Source of the DNA: a virus
IMG/VR virus record: IMGVR_UViG_3300045988_034528
DNA length: 64,000 nt
Strand: one strand, 5' to 3'
A program made the position numbers and the translations under genes. Under the pieces are notes generated by a model. It was not told the DNA's origin. It saw only the letters and a list, made by a program, of their open reading frames with translations, and did not search any database. Below, piece after piece: positions 8,759 through 15,476 of this stretch (within the stretch, counting starts at the first letter, position 1; every line of letters starts with the position of its first letter).

Positions 8759-9008
8759 TTAGACTACCTTTCTTATGCTTAGCATTATTGAAAGGTCTCT
8801 TAGGGTAAATAATTCCATCAAGGGAGATATGGCCCCTTTTGATTGCTCTTCTCACAGACTTGAACCTTTTAACTGCTTCATAGGTTCTAAGATGAAGGAT
8901 ATTATTCTCATAGAAGTCTTTTACAATATCTACTCTATTGTCCTTCAAATAGTCCTTAAACTCCTCTTCTCCCATCAGAGTTCTTTCTACTAACTTTTGC
9001 TCTTCCAT
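8700..9008 (-). CDS. hypothetical basic protein
   Basis: 102-aa ORF with a lysine/arginine-rich C-terminus. Confidence 0.55.
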   Translation of the reverse strand: MEEQKLVERTLMGEEEFKDYLKDNRVDIVKDFYENNILHLRTYEAVKRFKSVRRAIKRGHISLDGIIYPKRPFNNAKHKKGSLNDEKKRIYEQLKHRQRKTA

Positions 9009-9019
9009 ATTTATAATGT

Positions 9020-9217
9020 TTACTTGAAATAAACTAAAACAAACTGCCCATTCTCTTTTAAGAGAGATACTATCTCTTCTCTTTTTATACCAATCTCATT
9101 AGCACTATTAACAATACCTCTAATAGTTGTAGCAATAAGAGCAGTCATAACTTGTGTTTTTTTAGAAGATCCTAAAGATTTAGTTTTAGCTTTTACTTGT
9201 TTTTCAGTCTCTTCCAT
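9020..9217 (-). CDS. hypothetical protein
   Basis: 65-aa ORF, the first gene after the tRNA array in the minus-strand block. Confidence 0.5.
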   Translation of the reverse strand: MEETEKQVKAKTKSLGSSKKTQVMTALIATTIRGIVNSANEIGIKREEIVSLLKENGQFVLVYFK

Positions 9218-9287
9218 AATAATTTAAATTAGTTATAAAAAAGTTATTGTAAGAGTAACTAATTATCCTTAAGTTAGTTATGTTTAG

Positions 9288-9358
9288 AGCAGAATAACAG
9301 ATTCGAACTGTCAACTTAACTTTGGAAGAGTTACATGTTACCATTACACTAATTCTGC
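9288..9358 (-). tRNA. tRNA-Gly (anticodon UCC)
   Basis: Manual cloverleaf: acceptor GCAGAAT/ATTCTGC, anticodon arm TAACT-CTTCCAA-AGTTA, T arm GACAG-TTCGAAT-CTGTT. Confidence 0.85.
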
Positions 9359-9368
9359 AATTAGAAAG

Positions 9369-9441
9369 AGCCTCTTATAGGAATCGAACCCATATCTTCT
9401 GAGTACAAAACAGAAATAATAAACCTTTATACTAAAGAGGC
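9369..9441 (-). tRNA. tRNA, probably Thr (UGU)
   Basis: Acceptor GCCTCTT/AAGAGGC, T arm ATGGG-TTCGATT-CCTAT. The anticodon arm is imperfect (TCTGT-TTTGTAC-TCAGA with a U-U mismatch), so the identity is tentative. Confidence 0.6.
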
Positions 9442-9445
9442 ATTG

Positions 9446-9529
9446 TAGGAGTAGAGGGACTCGAACCCTCAAGGACTTATGTCCATAACTGTTTAAGAGT
9501 TACATGTTTACCTATTTCATCATACTCCC
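9446..9529 (-). tRNA. tRNA-Leu (UAA), class II
   Basis: Acceptor GGGAGTA/TACTCCT, anticodon arm TAACT-CTTAAAC-AGTTA, long variable arm TGGACATAAGTCCTT, T arm GAGGG-TTCGAGT-CCCTC. Confidence 0.85.
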
Positions 9530-9563
9530 TCGGGTCTACCTATTCCCCCATGAAGCCTTTATT

Positions 9564-10010
9564 TTAATAAGGTCTCACATCACACAGGCCAAATAAGTAC
9601 CTATACTTATTAATATTCTGTATGAAGGTCTCACATTCTGAGGTAATACCTTTATATACAGTATCTTGGGGAATCTTGTCATAAAAAGATAATGTACCTG
9701 CTTTAACTTCTTCAATGAAGTCAATAGCATTCAGTGTATTACTTGCAGTACCTTTAATAACATTAGGTTGCATCTTCCCAAGTATTCCCATATAACCCTC
9801 TGCAAGACCATCCTGATAATCTGATAGTATATTAAGAAACTCATCAAGATATACATGTATATTTTTCTTAGGTGCTGCCCAATGAAGGTTTTTACACTTA
9901 GTTTTCCACCCCTCAAGTTGATTAAGGAAACTTATGAAGAATTGACTTCCTGTAGGAGAATTATTCTCTCTTTCCTCTTCCATTGGTGTAAATAAGCTAT
10001 CTTCAAACAT
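9564..10010 (-). CDS. Dps-family (ferritin-like) protein candidate
   Basis: 148 aa. KNLHWAAPKKNIHVYLDEFLNILSDYQDGLAEGY gives His, then H-x3-D-x10-D-x3-E, the spacing of the Dps inter-subunit ferroxidase ligands. The size fits Dps. It lies inside the tRNA array. Confidence 0.6.
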   Translation of the reverse strand: MFEDSLFTPMEEERENNSPTGSQFFISFLNQLEGWKTKCKNLHWAAPKKNIHVYLDEFLNILSDYQDGLAEGYMGILGKMQPNVIKGTASNTLNAIDFIEEVKAGTLSFYDKIPQDTVYKGITSECETFIQNINKYRYLFGLCDVRPY

Positions 10011-10033
10011 ATTTTATTTTATTTTATTTAAAG

Positions 10034-10114
10034 TACCTCTCAAGAGACTCGAACTCTTACACCCTAAGGCCATAGCTTCTAAGGCTATTATGTCTTCCAT
10101 TCCATCAGAGAGGT
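10034..10114 (-). tRNA. tRNA-Leu (UAG), class II
   Basis: Acceptor ACCTCTC/GAGAGGT, anticodon arm ATAGC-CTTAGAA-GCTAT, long variable arm, T arm AAGAG-TTCGAGT-CTCTT. Confidence 0.8.
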
Positions 10115-10262
10115 ATGTCTTTTATTGAAGATAGGTAAGTTACCTAGGAGGTAACATACCTGAGGGCAAGTAAGTTATATTTGAAAAAGCCCGACTTACC
10201 CTTCTTTTAAAAAATGAAATAATCTTTCTCATATCACTTAATTTAAAGGGATTAATAATCAG

Positions 10263-10335
10263 TTTCCCCACTAGGAGTTGAACCTAGCTCTCCTGATTAA
10301 AAATCAGGAGCATCCACCCTTAATGCTTTGGGGAA
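10263..10335 (-). tRNA. tRNA-Lys (UUU)
   Basis: Acceptor TTCCCCA/TGGGGAA, anticodon arm CCTGA-TTTTTAA-TCAGG, T arm CTAGG-TTCAACT-CCTAG. Confidence 0.8.
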
Positions 10336-10407
10336 ATGAAGTAAGTCTTTTATAGAGGACTTTCTGCTTTAGTTAGAAAGTTACTTTAGACAGATTGTCC
10401 AAGATAG

Positions 10408-10481
10408 TACTCACAAAGGGACTTGAACCCCTGACCTTGAATGTATAAGATTCCTGCTCTAACCAACTGAGCTATGTGAGT
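10408..10481 (-). tRNA. tRNA-Ile (UAU)
   Basis: Acceptor ACTCACA/TGTGAGT, D arm GCTC-AGTTGGTTA-GAGC, anticodon loop CTTATAC, T arm AGGGG-TTCAAGT-CCCTT. Confidence 0.8.
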
Positions 10482-10534
10482 ATAAACATGAGTAGTTAAG
10501 CTATGCTTAGAACATTCTCTAACTTCTTTCATAG

Positions 10535-10606
10535 CGGGGGTAGAAAGAATCGAACTTTCATCTCTTGATTAACAGTCAAGTGCATAGACCTTCCAGCTAC
10601 ACCCCC
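10535..10606 (-). tRNA. tRNA-Asn (GUU)
   Basis: Acceptor GGGGGTG/TACCCCC, anticodon arm CTTGA-CTGTTAA-TCAAG, T arm GAAAG-TTCGATT-CTTTC. The D stem is weak. Confidence 0.75.
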
Positions 10607-10614
10607 ATAATTTG

Positions 10615-10688
10615 TTGCTCCTATTAGAATCGAACTAATGACCTTTTCCTTGTAAGGGAACTATTCTTAACCACTGAACTAAGGAGCA
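10615..10688 (-). tRNA. tRNA-Val (UAC)
   Basis: Acceptor TGCTCCT/AGGAGCA, anticodon arm GTTCC-CTTACAA-GGAAA, T arm ATTAG-TTCGATT-CTAAT. Confidence 0.8.
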
Positions 10689-10771
10689 TGGTAGGCAGTT
10701 TCTTTAACCTCTAACTGCTTAAAAAGAGGGTTCAAGCAAAAGCTTAACAGTATGAAAACATGAAACATGTG

Positions 10772-10844
10772 TGGAGAATGAGGGACTCGAACCCTCTAAT
10801 ATAGCTTGCAAAGCTATCAGTTTATCCAGTTAGCTTAATTCCCC
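10772..10844 (-). tRNA. tRNA-Ala (UGC)
   Basis: Acceptor GGGGAAT/ATTCTCC with a G3-U70 wobble (the Ala identity element), anticodon arm ATAGC-TTTGCAA-GCTAT, T arm GAGGG-TTCGAGT-CCCTC. Confidence 0.85.
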
Positions 10845-10973
10845 CATATGAGAGTATAGGCTATCAACTCTCTTGTATACAGTTGCCATTCATTCCATAC
10901 TTTGAATACCTTAAAGGTGGTATCCCCTACCCTCATGTACTGTGGGTGAGCATCTTATATCTCTATAAGAACG

Positions 10974-11049
10974 TAGAGTAGACAAGACTCGAACTTGCAA
11001 TATCACTGCATCCCAAATGCAGGGGGCTAACCAATTACCCTACTACTCT
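10974..11049 (-). tRNA. tRNA-Pro (UGG)
   Basis: Acceptor AGAGTAG/CTACTCT, anticodon arm CTGCA-TTTGGGA-TGCAG, T loop TTCGAGT. The variable region is slightly long. Confidence 0.7.
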
Positions 11050-11055
11050 ATATTG

Positions 11056-11141
11056 CGGAGAGTATTGTACTCGAAACAAATACCTTATTAGGGTACTCAC
11101 TATTTAGCAGATAGGACTATCACCTTGATAGTTTACTCTCC
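11056..11141 (-). tRNA. tRNA-Ser (GCU), class II
   Basis: Acceptor GGAGAGT/ACTCTCC, anticodon loop CTGCTAA, long variable arm GTACC...GGTAT, T loop TTCGAGT. Confidence 0.75.
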
Positions 11142-11188
11142 ATTGCCTATCCTACCACTGTAGGAATAGGACTTTTAAGTTGGGTAGC

Positions 11189-11259
11189 AGACTATGAGGG
11201 AATTGAACCCTAAACTTCACATTAACAGTGTGATATGCAAACCATTACACTACATAGCC
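11189..11259 (-). tRNA. tRNA-Asn (GUU), second copy
   Basis: Anticodon arm TCACA-CTGTTAA-TGTGA, T loop TTCAATT, acceptor GGCTATG/CATAGTC. The register of the T stem and acceptor is ambiguous by 1 nt. Confidence 0.7.
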
Positions 11260-11266
11260 TATATAG

Positions 11267-11338
11267 TAGAGCCACTGGGAATTGAACCCAGATTTCTGCC
11301 TTGAAAGGGCAGTTACCTAACCTTTAGTAGATGACTCC
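11267..11338 (-). tRNA. tRNA-Glu (UUC)
   Basis: Acceptor GGAGTCA/TGGCTCT, anticodon arm CTGCC-CTTTCAA-GGCAG, T arm CTGGG-TTCAATT-CCCAG. Confidence 0.85.
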
Positions 11339-11344
11339 ATTCAG

Positions 11345-11416
11345 TAGGGAAGTAAGGACTTGAACCTTATCCTTAGCCTTGAGAGGGCTACGACCTAACC
11401 TATAGTCTACATCCCC
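11345..11416 (-). tRNA. tRNA-Glu (CUC)
   Basis: Acceptor GGGGATG/CTTCCCT (one mismatch), anticodon arm TAGCC-CTCTCAA-GGCTA, T arm TAAGG-TTCAAGT-CCTTA. Confidence 0.75.
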
Positions 11417-11424
11417 ATTCTTAG

Positions 11425-11496
11425 TACCCCCTATAGGAATCGAACCTATATCAAAAGATTAGAAGTCTCTTATTCTATCCATTGAACTAAGAGGGC
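11425..11496 (-). tRNA. tRNA-Arg (UCU)
   Basis: Acceptor GCCCTCT/AGGGGGT, anticodon arm AGAGA-CTTCTAA-TCTTT, T arm ATAGG-TTCGATT-CCTAT. Confidence 0.85.
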
Positions 11497-11513
11497 ATTT
11501 GCCTTTACTATTG

Positions 11514-11586
11514 TTACCCCAATAAGACTTGAACTTATGTTACAGGATCCAAAATCCAGTGTAATAACCAACTATACTATGGGGCA
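11514..11586 (-). tRNA. tRNA-Gln (UUG)
   Basis: Acceptor TGCCCCA/TGGGGTA, anticodon arm CTGGA-TTTTGGA-TCCTG (one mismatch), T arm ATAAG-TTCAAGT-CTTAT. Confidence 0.75.
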
Positions 11587-11677
11587 ATAAAAAGGAATAT
11601 TACTCTAAAACAACTGGTTAAAGTAACATTCCTAACAATGGAAATTTCCTAAAACCATCTCTCTTTCTTTTGCTCTG

Positions 11678-11709
11678 CAAAAGTAAACATAATTTTTGAA
11701 ACTACCAAA
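11678..11709 (-). promoter_or_regulatory. Bacteroides-type promoter in front of the minus-strand tRNA array
   Basis: The minus strand reads TTTG-GTAGTTTCAAAAATTATGTT-TACTTTTG-CA (TTTG, exactly 20 nt, TAnnTTTG), about 90 nt upstream of tRNA-Gln. Confidence 0.6.
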
Positions 11710-11959
11710 CTTTTCTCAATTATTTTTAGTTCAAGCATCACCTTTTTGTCATGAAAGGAGTAAAGTTAGACTTTTGGTTTTAGGTATAATCTATATTCTT
11801 TATACATAGAACTATCTGAATCCTTTATACTTACCTTTGTATTTGATATAACAATGTTTATATTATTAGCAAGCATATTCTGTGGAAACTACCATATCCA
11901 CATTAATGAATCCTTAATATAACTATCAATCTTATTCATTATTAGATATAATCTATCCC

Positions 11960-12222
11960 TACAGCTGGGTTTAACAGCCTTTAAGACAGCTATTCTAGCT
12001 TTCCTATTAATTACTTACTTCAGTAGACCCGGGCTTTTAATCCTCTAAAGTCTGATTCCCTGTGCCTTTTCTCAGTGTGATGTGCTCAGACAATCTACCT
12101 TATAAAGTAATCATTTGTGTAGTATTGGGGACACCTCTCTATTATTTATAGATACTACCCAACTTCTGCCCCACTACTTTCTAACCTCATGGGGGATAAC
12201 CTAATCACACTTAGGTTCTACG
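11960..12222 (-). ncRNA. candidate structured non-coding RNA or leader (unknown class)
   Basis: ORF-free stretch, noticeably more GC-rich than its flanks, directly downstream of the minus-strand promoter at 12228..12259. Helices read by eye: 12198-12204/12211-12217, 12169-12173/12190-12194, 12119-12125/12152-12158, 12139-12142/12148-12151, and the nested pair 12023-12027/12094-12098 around 12050-12055/12086-12091. The 3' end is undefined. Confidence 0.3.
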
Positions 12223-12227
12223 AGGTA

Positions 12228-12259
12228 CAAAGATAAGTAAAAGAAATGATATGACCAAA
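12228..12259 (-). promoter_or_regulatory. Bacteroides-type promoter firing leftward into the ORF-free structured region
   Basis: The minus strand reads TTTG-GTCATATCATTTCTTTTACT-TATCTTTG (TTTG, 20 nt, TAnnTTTG). Confidence 0.55.
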
Positions 12260-12441
12260 TATATAAATAGAAAATTTATTGACTATATAGATAATTTTTT
12301 TTCTGATTTTTTTGAAAAATTTTTGGTATTTGTAGGAGTGGTACTTACACCAACCACACCCTCCCCATCTCTTAGCCCAAGGGGGACTTACCCCCGTAGG
12401 TTAGGCAATATTGCCGTATAACTGACTAAAACTTTATAACC

Positions 12442-12705
12442 ATGTCAGCAAACAATCTTATCTTCCATGACACTCTTACAGTAGAGCAGTTTAAATCAGC
12501 AATGAATGTATCACGCATTGATGTGAAGAAGAATCCTAAGACAGGCAAACTCTTCTTCACCTATGGTGCAAAGACAGGTGCAGTTGCAGTCAAAGGCATT
12601 CCAGCTCATCCTATGCTCAGCAATGTCACTGGCTCTGATGGTTCTAACTTCTGGCTTCTGCATGAGGAAGGTCAGGGTGGAGCACCTGTATTGGCAAGCT
12701 TCTAA
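12442..12705 (+). CDS. hypothetical protein, first gene of the plus-strand block (compositional outlier)
   Basis: 87-aa ORF. It is visibly more GC-rich than its neighbours, so shadow ORFs stay open in two other frames. It is preceded by three leader hairpins and followed by a canonical terminator. Confidence 0.7.
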   Translation: MSANNLIFHDTLTVEQFKSAMNVSRIDVKKNPKTGKLFFTYGAKTGAVAVKGIPAHPMLSNVTGSDGSNFWLLHEEGQGGAPVLASF

Positions 12706-12711
12706 GGGATT

Positions 12712-12742
12712 GCAGGCTTTATGCCTGCTTTCCTTTTTATTT
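12712..12742 (+). terminator. rho-independent terminator
   Basis: GCAGGC-TTTAT-GCCTGC followed by TTTCCTTTTTATTT, immediately after the stop at 12705. Confidence 0.8.
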
Positions 12743-12750
12743 CCTCTAAG

Positions 12751-12821
12751 CATTAATAGTGTTTAATCCTTTGAACATTAATAGTATTTGTGTGTAAAGG
12801 TTATATGAGTAAGCATTAATA
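12751..12821. repeat. three spaced copies of CATTAATA
   Basis: Copies at 12751, 12776 and 12814 (gCATTAATAgtg / aCATTAATAgta / gCATTAATAtgc), with a related TTAATAGTAT at about 13074. Confidence 0.5.
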
Positions 12822-13087
12822 TGCTATTAGTATAGCTCCAAGACATGCTACACATTATATTATATGTAATAGGATTTAACTTTGTTAGTGATTAGAGTGA
12901 GATGAAATGTGCTCTATTTACATCTCTTCCTGACAAGAGGATTAGAGAGGTGAGTAGAGTGTTTAGAGGTTTAATATACTAGATAAGTAGGATAGGATAA
13001 TAGAGTGTGGAATACACTTTATGTCCTATCTTCCTTGTTTTGTGTTGAATGTAACTTGTTGATTTACTGAGAGTTAATAGTATGGAC

Positions 13088-13129
13088 TGACATATTGTCA
13101 GGTGTATGACATTATGACAGTATGACATA
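13088..13129. repeat. TGACA operator-like cluster: one palindrome plus three tandem 8-nt repeats
   Basis: TGACA-TAT-TGTCA at 13088..13100, then ATGACAtt / ATGACAgt / ATGACAta starting at 13106, 13114 and 13122. Lies about 115-155 nt upstream of the ORF at 13243. Confidence 0.55.
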
Positions 13130-13242
13130 CTCCCACAAATACCTCTCATTAAAATCAACAATAGTAGAACAATCATCCAGTAATATATAACTATTTGTAC
13201 TGCTACACAAATTTTATAGAAATATTAGTGTAATGGTAGCAC

Positions 13243-13512
13243 ATGGCTTTAAAAGAAAGAAAAGCTCAAATTCTTGCTGTAAGGCTTATTAATAAGTTGG
13301 GAGAAATCCTCAACCAAATCTACAACACTTATGGTATTCTTTTAAATGCTGATTTCTTTAGTACAGCTAATAAGTGTAATAAACAGCTTAAAAACTTAGT
13401 AAACATAGCTGCTTATTACCTGATAGTAGCAGACAGTCTTGCTATTAAGTATCAAGGAGAATTAGTAAATAATTATAGTATTAGTCAAATTAATGATTCT
13501 AACAGACGTTAG
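13243..13512 (+). CDS. hypothetical early protein
   Basis: 89-aa ORF, no motif. Confidence 0.6.
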   Translation: MALKERKAQILAVRLINKLGEILNQIYNTYGILLNADFFSTANKCNKQLKNLVNIAAYYLIVADSLAIKYQGELVNNYSISQINDSNRR

Positions 13513-13588
13513 AAAGATTCAAACTTGTACTCATTACTAACAGCAAAAGTAAAAGAAATAAGTGAAGCCCTTAATAAAATTCAATAAC

Positions 13589-13819
13589 ATGAAATATCCT
13601 TTCTTTAAAACTATTGTATTCTTAATTATAATTACAAGTAGCTTTGTGTTGTTTCTTTATATTATCTATTTCATAGAAACTCTTCAAGTAATAAACCTTA
13701 TTATTACAAGCTTAATTTTAGCTTTAATGATTAAAGGTTTACATTACTTATTTACCATTAAAGATGTATCTAAAATACTCTTTCTTGATAAATTAGGAAT
13801 AGACATTACTAAAGAATAA
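13589..13819 (+). CDS. hypothetical small membrane protein
   Basis: The track ORF starts at GTG 13562; ATG 13589 (MKYPFFKTIVFLIIITSSFVLFLYIIYFI...) is the likelier start. Two hydrophobic segments. Confidence 0.55.
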   Translation: MKYPFFKTIVFLIIITSSFVLFLYIIYFIETLQVINLIITSLILALMIKGLHYLFTIKDVSKILFLDKLGIDITKE

Positions 13820-13880
13820 CTCCCTATCCTAAGCATGATATAAAACTGCTTACTTTTTATTAACTCAAATAATCACAACA

Positions 13881-14114
13881 ATGAGAAAAAGATTCAATCC
13901 CAATACAATTTGCAGTTCATCTAATTACGAACAATCTAAAAAAGTTCATAAAAGATTCATTGCAAGAGTTCACGAAGAAAACATTGAAGTAGTATCTACT
14001 ATTAAAGTAACTACTAGAAGTAGGTATTATGTAAGATGCTTTGGTAAACTCGTAGAGATTACTAAAGAAGAAGCAGTTGAACTAAAACAAACTTTTGACA
14101 TCATTATACTATGA
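13881..14114 (+). CDS. hypothetical protein
   Basis: 77-aa basic ORF with an ATGA overlap with the next ORF. Confidence 0.55.
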   Translation: MRKRFNPNTICSSSNYEQSKKVHKRFIARVHEENIEVVSTIKVTTRSRYYVRCFGKLVEITKEEAVELKQTFDIIIL

Positions 14115-14296
14115 CTACACAAAGGCAAAAAGCTGCTGTTTACTTTTGTGAGCAGTGGCTTAATGTCACCTTTACTGGTGATATTAACAATAAAGTACAA
14201 GTTTCATTATTCTTAGCTGAATATCTTCAAGAAGCAAAGAATTTATACGATGAAATTAGATGTGAGTATGAAGCCTATTTGTGGGATAAAGATTAA
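14111..14296 (+). CDS. hypothetical protein
   Basis: 61-aa acidic ORF, translationally coupled to the previous one. Confidence 0.55.
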   Translation: MTTQRQKAAVYFCEQWLNVTFTGDINNKVQVSLFLAEYLQEAKNLYDEIRCEYEAYLWDKD

Positions 14297-14310
14297 ATAA
14301 ATAAACTACA

Positions 14311-14448
14311 ATGAAACACATTATAACTTTTATTAAAGAAGATGGTTCAATGTACTCATTAAAGTGTACTAGAACATACAATTCATGTGAGAAATTAGCA
14401 CTTAAGCATTATTTAAACAATAAATGTATTGCTTATGTGATTAATTAA
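14311..14448 (+). CDS. hypothetical small protein (45 aa, below the track cutoff)
   Basis: Manual translation: MKHIITFIKEDGSMYSLKCTRTYNSCEKLALKHYLNNKCIAYVIN. Confidence 0.35.
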   Translation: MKHIITFIKEDGSMYSLKCTRTYNSCEKLALKHYLNNKCIAYVIN

Positions 14449-14459
14449 TCATATCTTTG
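14428..14459 (+). promoter_or_regulatory. Bacteroides-type promoter
   Basis: ATTG-CTTATGTGATTAATTAATCA-TATCTTTG-CA (TTG, 20 nt, TAnnTTTG). Confidence 0.55.
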
Positions 14460-14593
14460 CATTGAAATTCGCATAAATATTTTGTTTTGTATTGACAATG
14501 GTTTAGAGAAACTACTGGTTCGTGAGAATAGGTAGTTTATTTTTAATAGGCACAATCAATTCAAATAAAAACAACTTTAAAAAAGATTTAAAA

Positions 14594-15034
14594 ATGGAAA
14601 ATAACTTCAAACCCTTTGATAAAGTATTAGTTCGTGATGGTAATGTCTATGAATGGCAGCCTGAATTATTCTATAAAATCAATGAAGAAGGCAAGTATTG
14701 TACTCTAGGAAATGTTGAATGGAGTCAATGTATTCCTTATGAAGGAAATGAACATTTAATGGATACAGTTAATATGCCTGAATTTACTGATTTAGAAAAT
14801 GGTATCCTATTTGGTGTTGAATTAAAAGTAGGATATGTATTAGTATTTAAAGATTCTCATATAGCAGGAGTTATAATTCCAACTGAAAAAAAGGAATTAG
14901 CAGTATCTTATTTTAACAGTGGTTGGGATTATCTTAAAAATATAAATATAGATAATGTTATAGCTATAAGATATTCTATAGGTAAATACTCTTTTAAAGA
15001 AGGCAAAGTATTGTGGCAAAAACATAATAAATAA
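14594..15034 (+). CDS. hypothetical protein
   Basis: The track ORF starts at GTG 14522. ATG 14594 (MENNFKPFDKVLVRDG...) lies downstream of the promoter and is preferred. Confidence 0.65.
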   Translation: MENNFKPFDKVLVRDGNVYEWQPELFYKINEEGKYCTLGNVEWSQCIPYEGNEHLMDTVNMPEFTDLENGILFGVELKVGYVLVFKDSHIAGVIIPTEKKELAVSYFNSGWDYLKNINIDNVIAIRYSIGKYSFKEGKVLWQKHNK

Positions 15035-15036
15035 TT

Positions 15037-15360
15037 ATGGAAGTAAAAATAGAAATCACTGAAGGATGTATGTGTTATTCTTATACTATTAATGGTATAG
15101 AATATGGAGATTTAATAGATAAGGAGAGTGATGATTATAATCCCGACTTTGTTTATGATGTTTTAGAAGCTATGACTAATGAAATTTATAAACAAAGAAA
15201 AGATAATCAAGATTTAATTACTGTTGAAATTGAAAATTCTCAATGGTTCTTTGAAAGATTAGTTCAATTTAATAATAATACTGAAGTAACAGATATTTCT
15301 TATTGTGAACAGTGTGGAGATACAATAATTACAAAAAGTTTAACAATAAATATTGAATAA
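15037..15360 (+). CDS. hypothetical protein with terminal Cys pairs
   Basis: 107 aa. GCMCYSY near the N-terminus and YCEQCGDT near the C-terminus. Confidence 0.6.
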   Translation: MEVKIEITEGCMCYSYTINGIEYGDLIDKESDDYNPDFVYDVLEAMTNEIYKQRKDNQDLITVEIENSQWFFERLVQFNNNTEVTDISYCEQCGDTIITKSLTINIE

Positions 15361-15476
15361 TAATGGAAACAAAAGAATTTAAAATATAAGTACCTGAAGG
15401 CTACGAGATTGACAAAGAAAATAGTACATTTGAATGTATTAAATTCAAAAAGAAATCTGTAACCATTATAGATATT

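Noticed and set aside
11832-11839. Plus-strand TACCTTTG box as a rightward promoter for the structured region
   Set aside because: No TTG element lies 19-21 nt upstream. I kept it only as a caveat on the strand assignment of the ncRNA candidate.
12030-12050. Similarity of (minus strand) GAGGATTAAAAGCCCGGG to the RNase P RNA P4 element GAGGAAAGUCCGGGC
   Set aside because: The match is imperfect and lies about 200 nt from the putative 5' end instead of near it. I could not find the complementary P4 strand or other RNase P landmarks.
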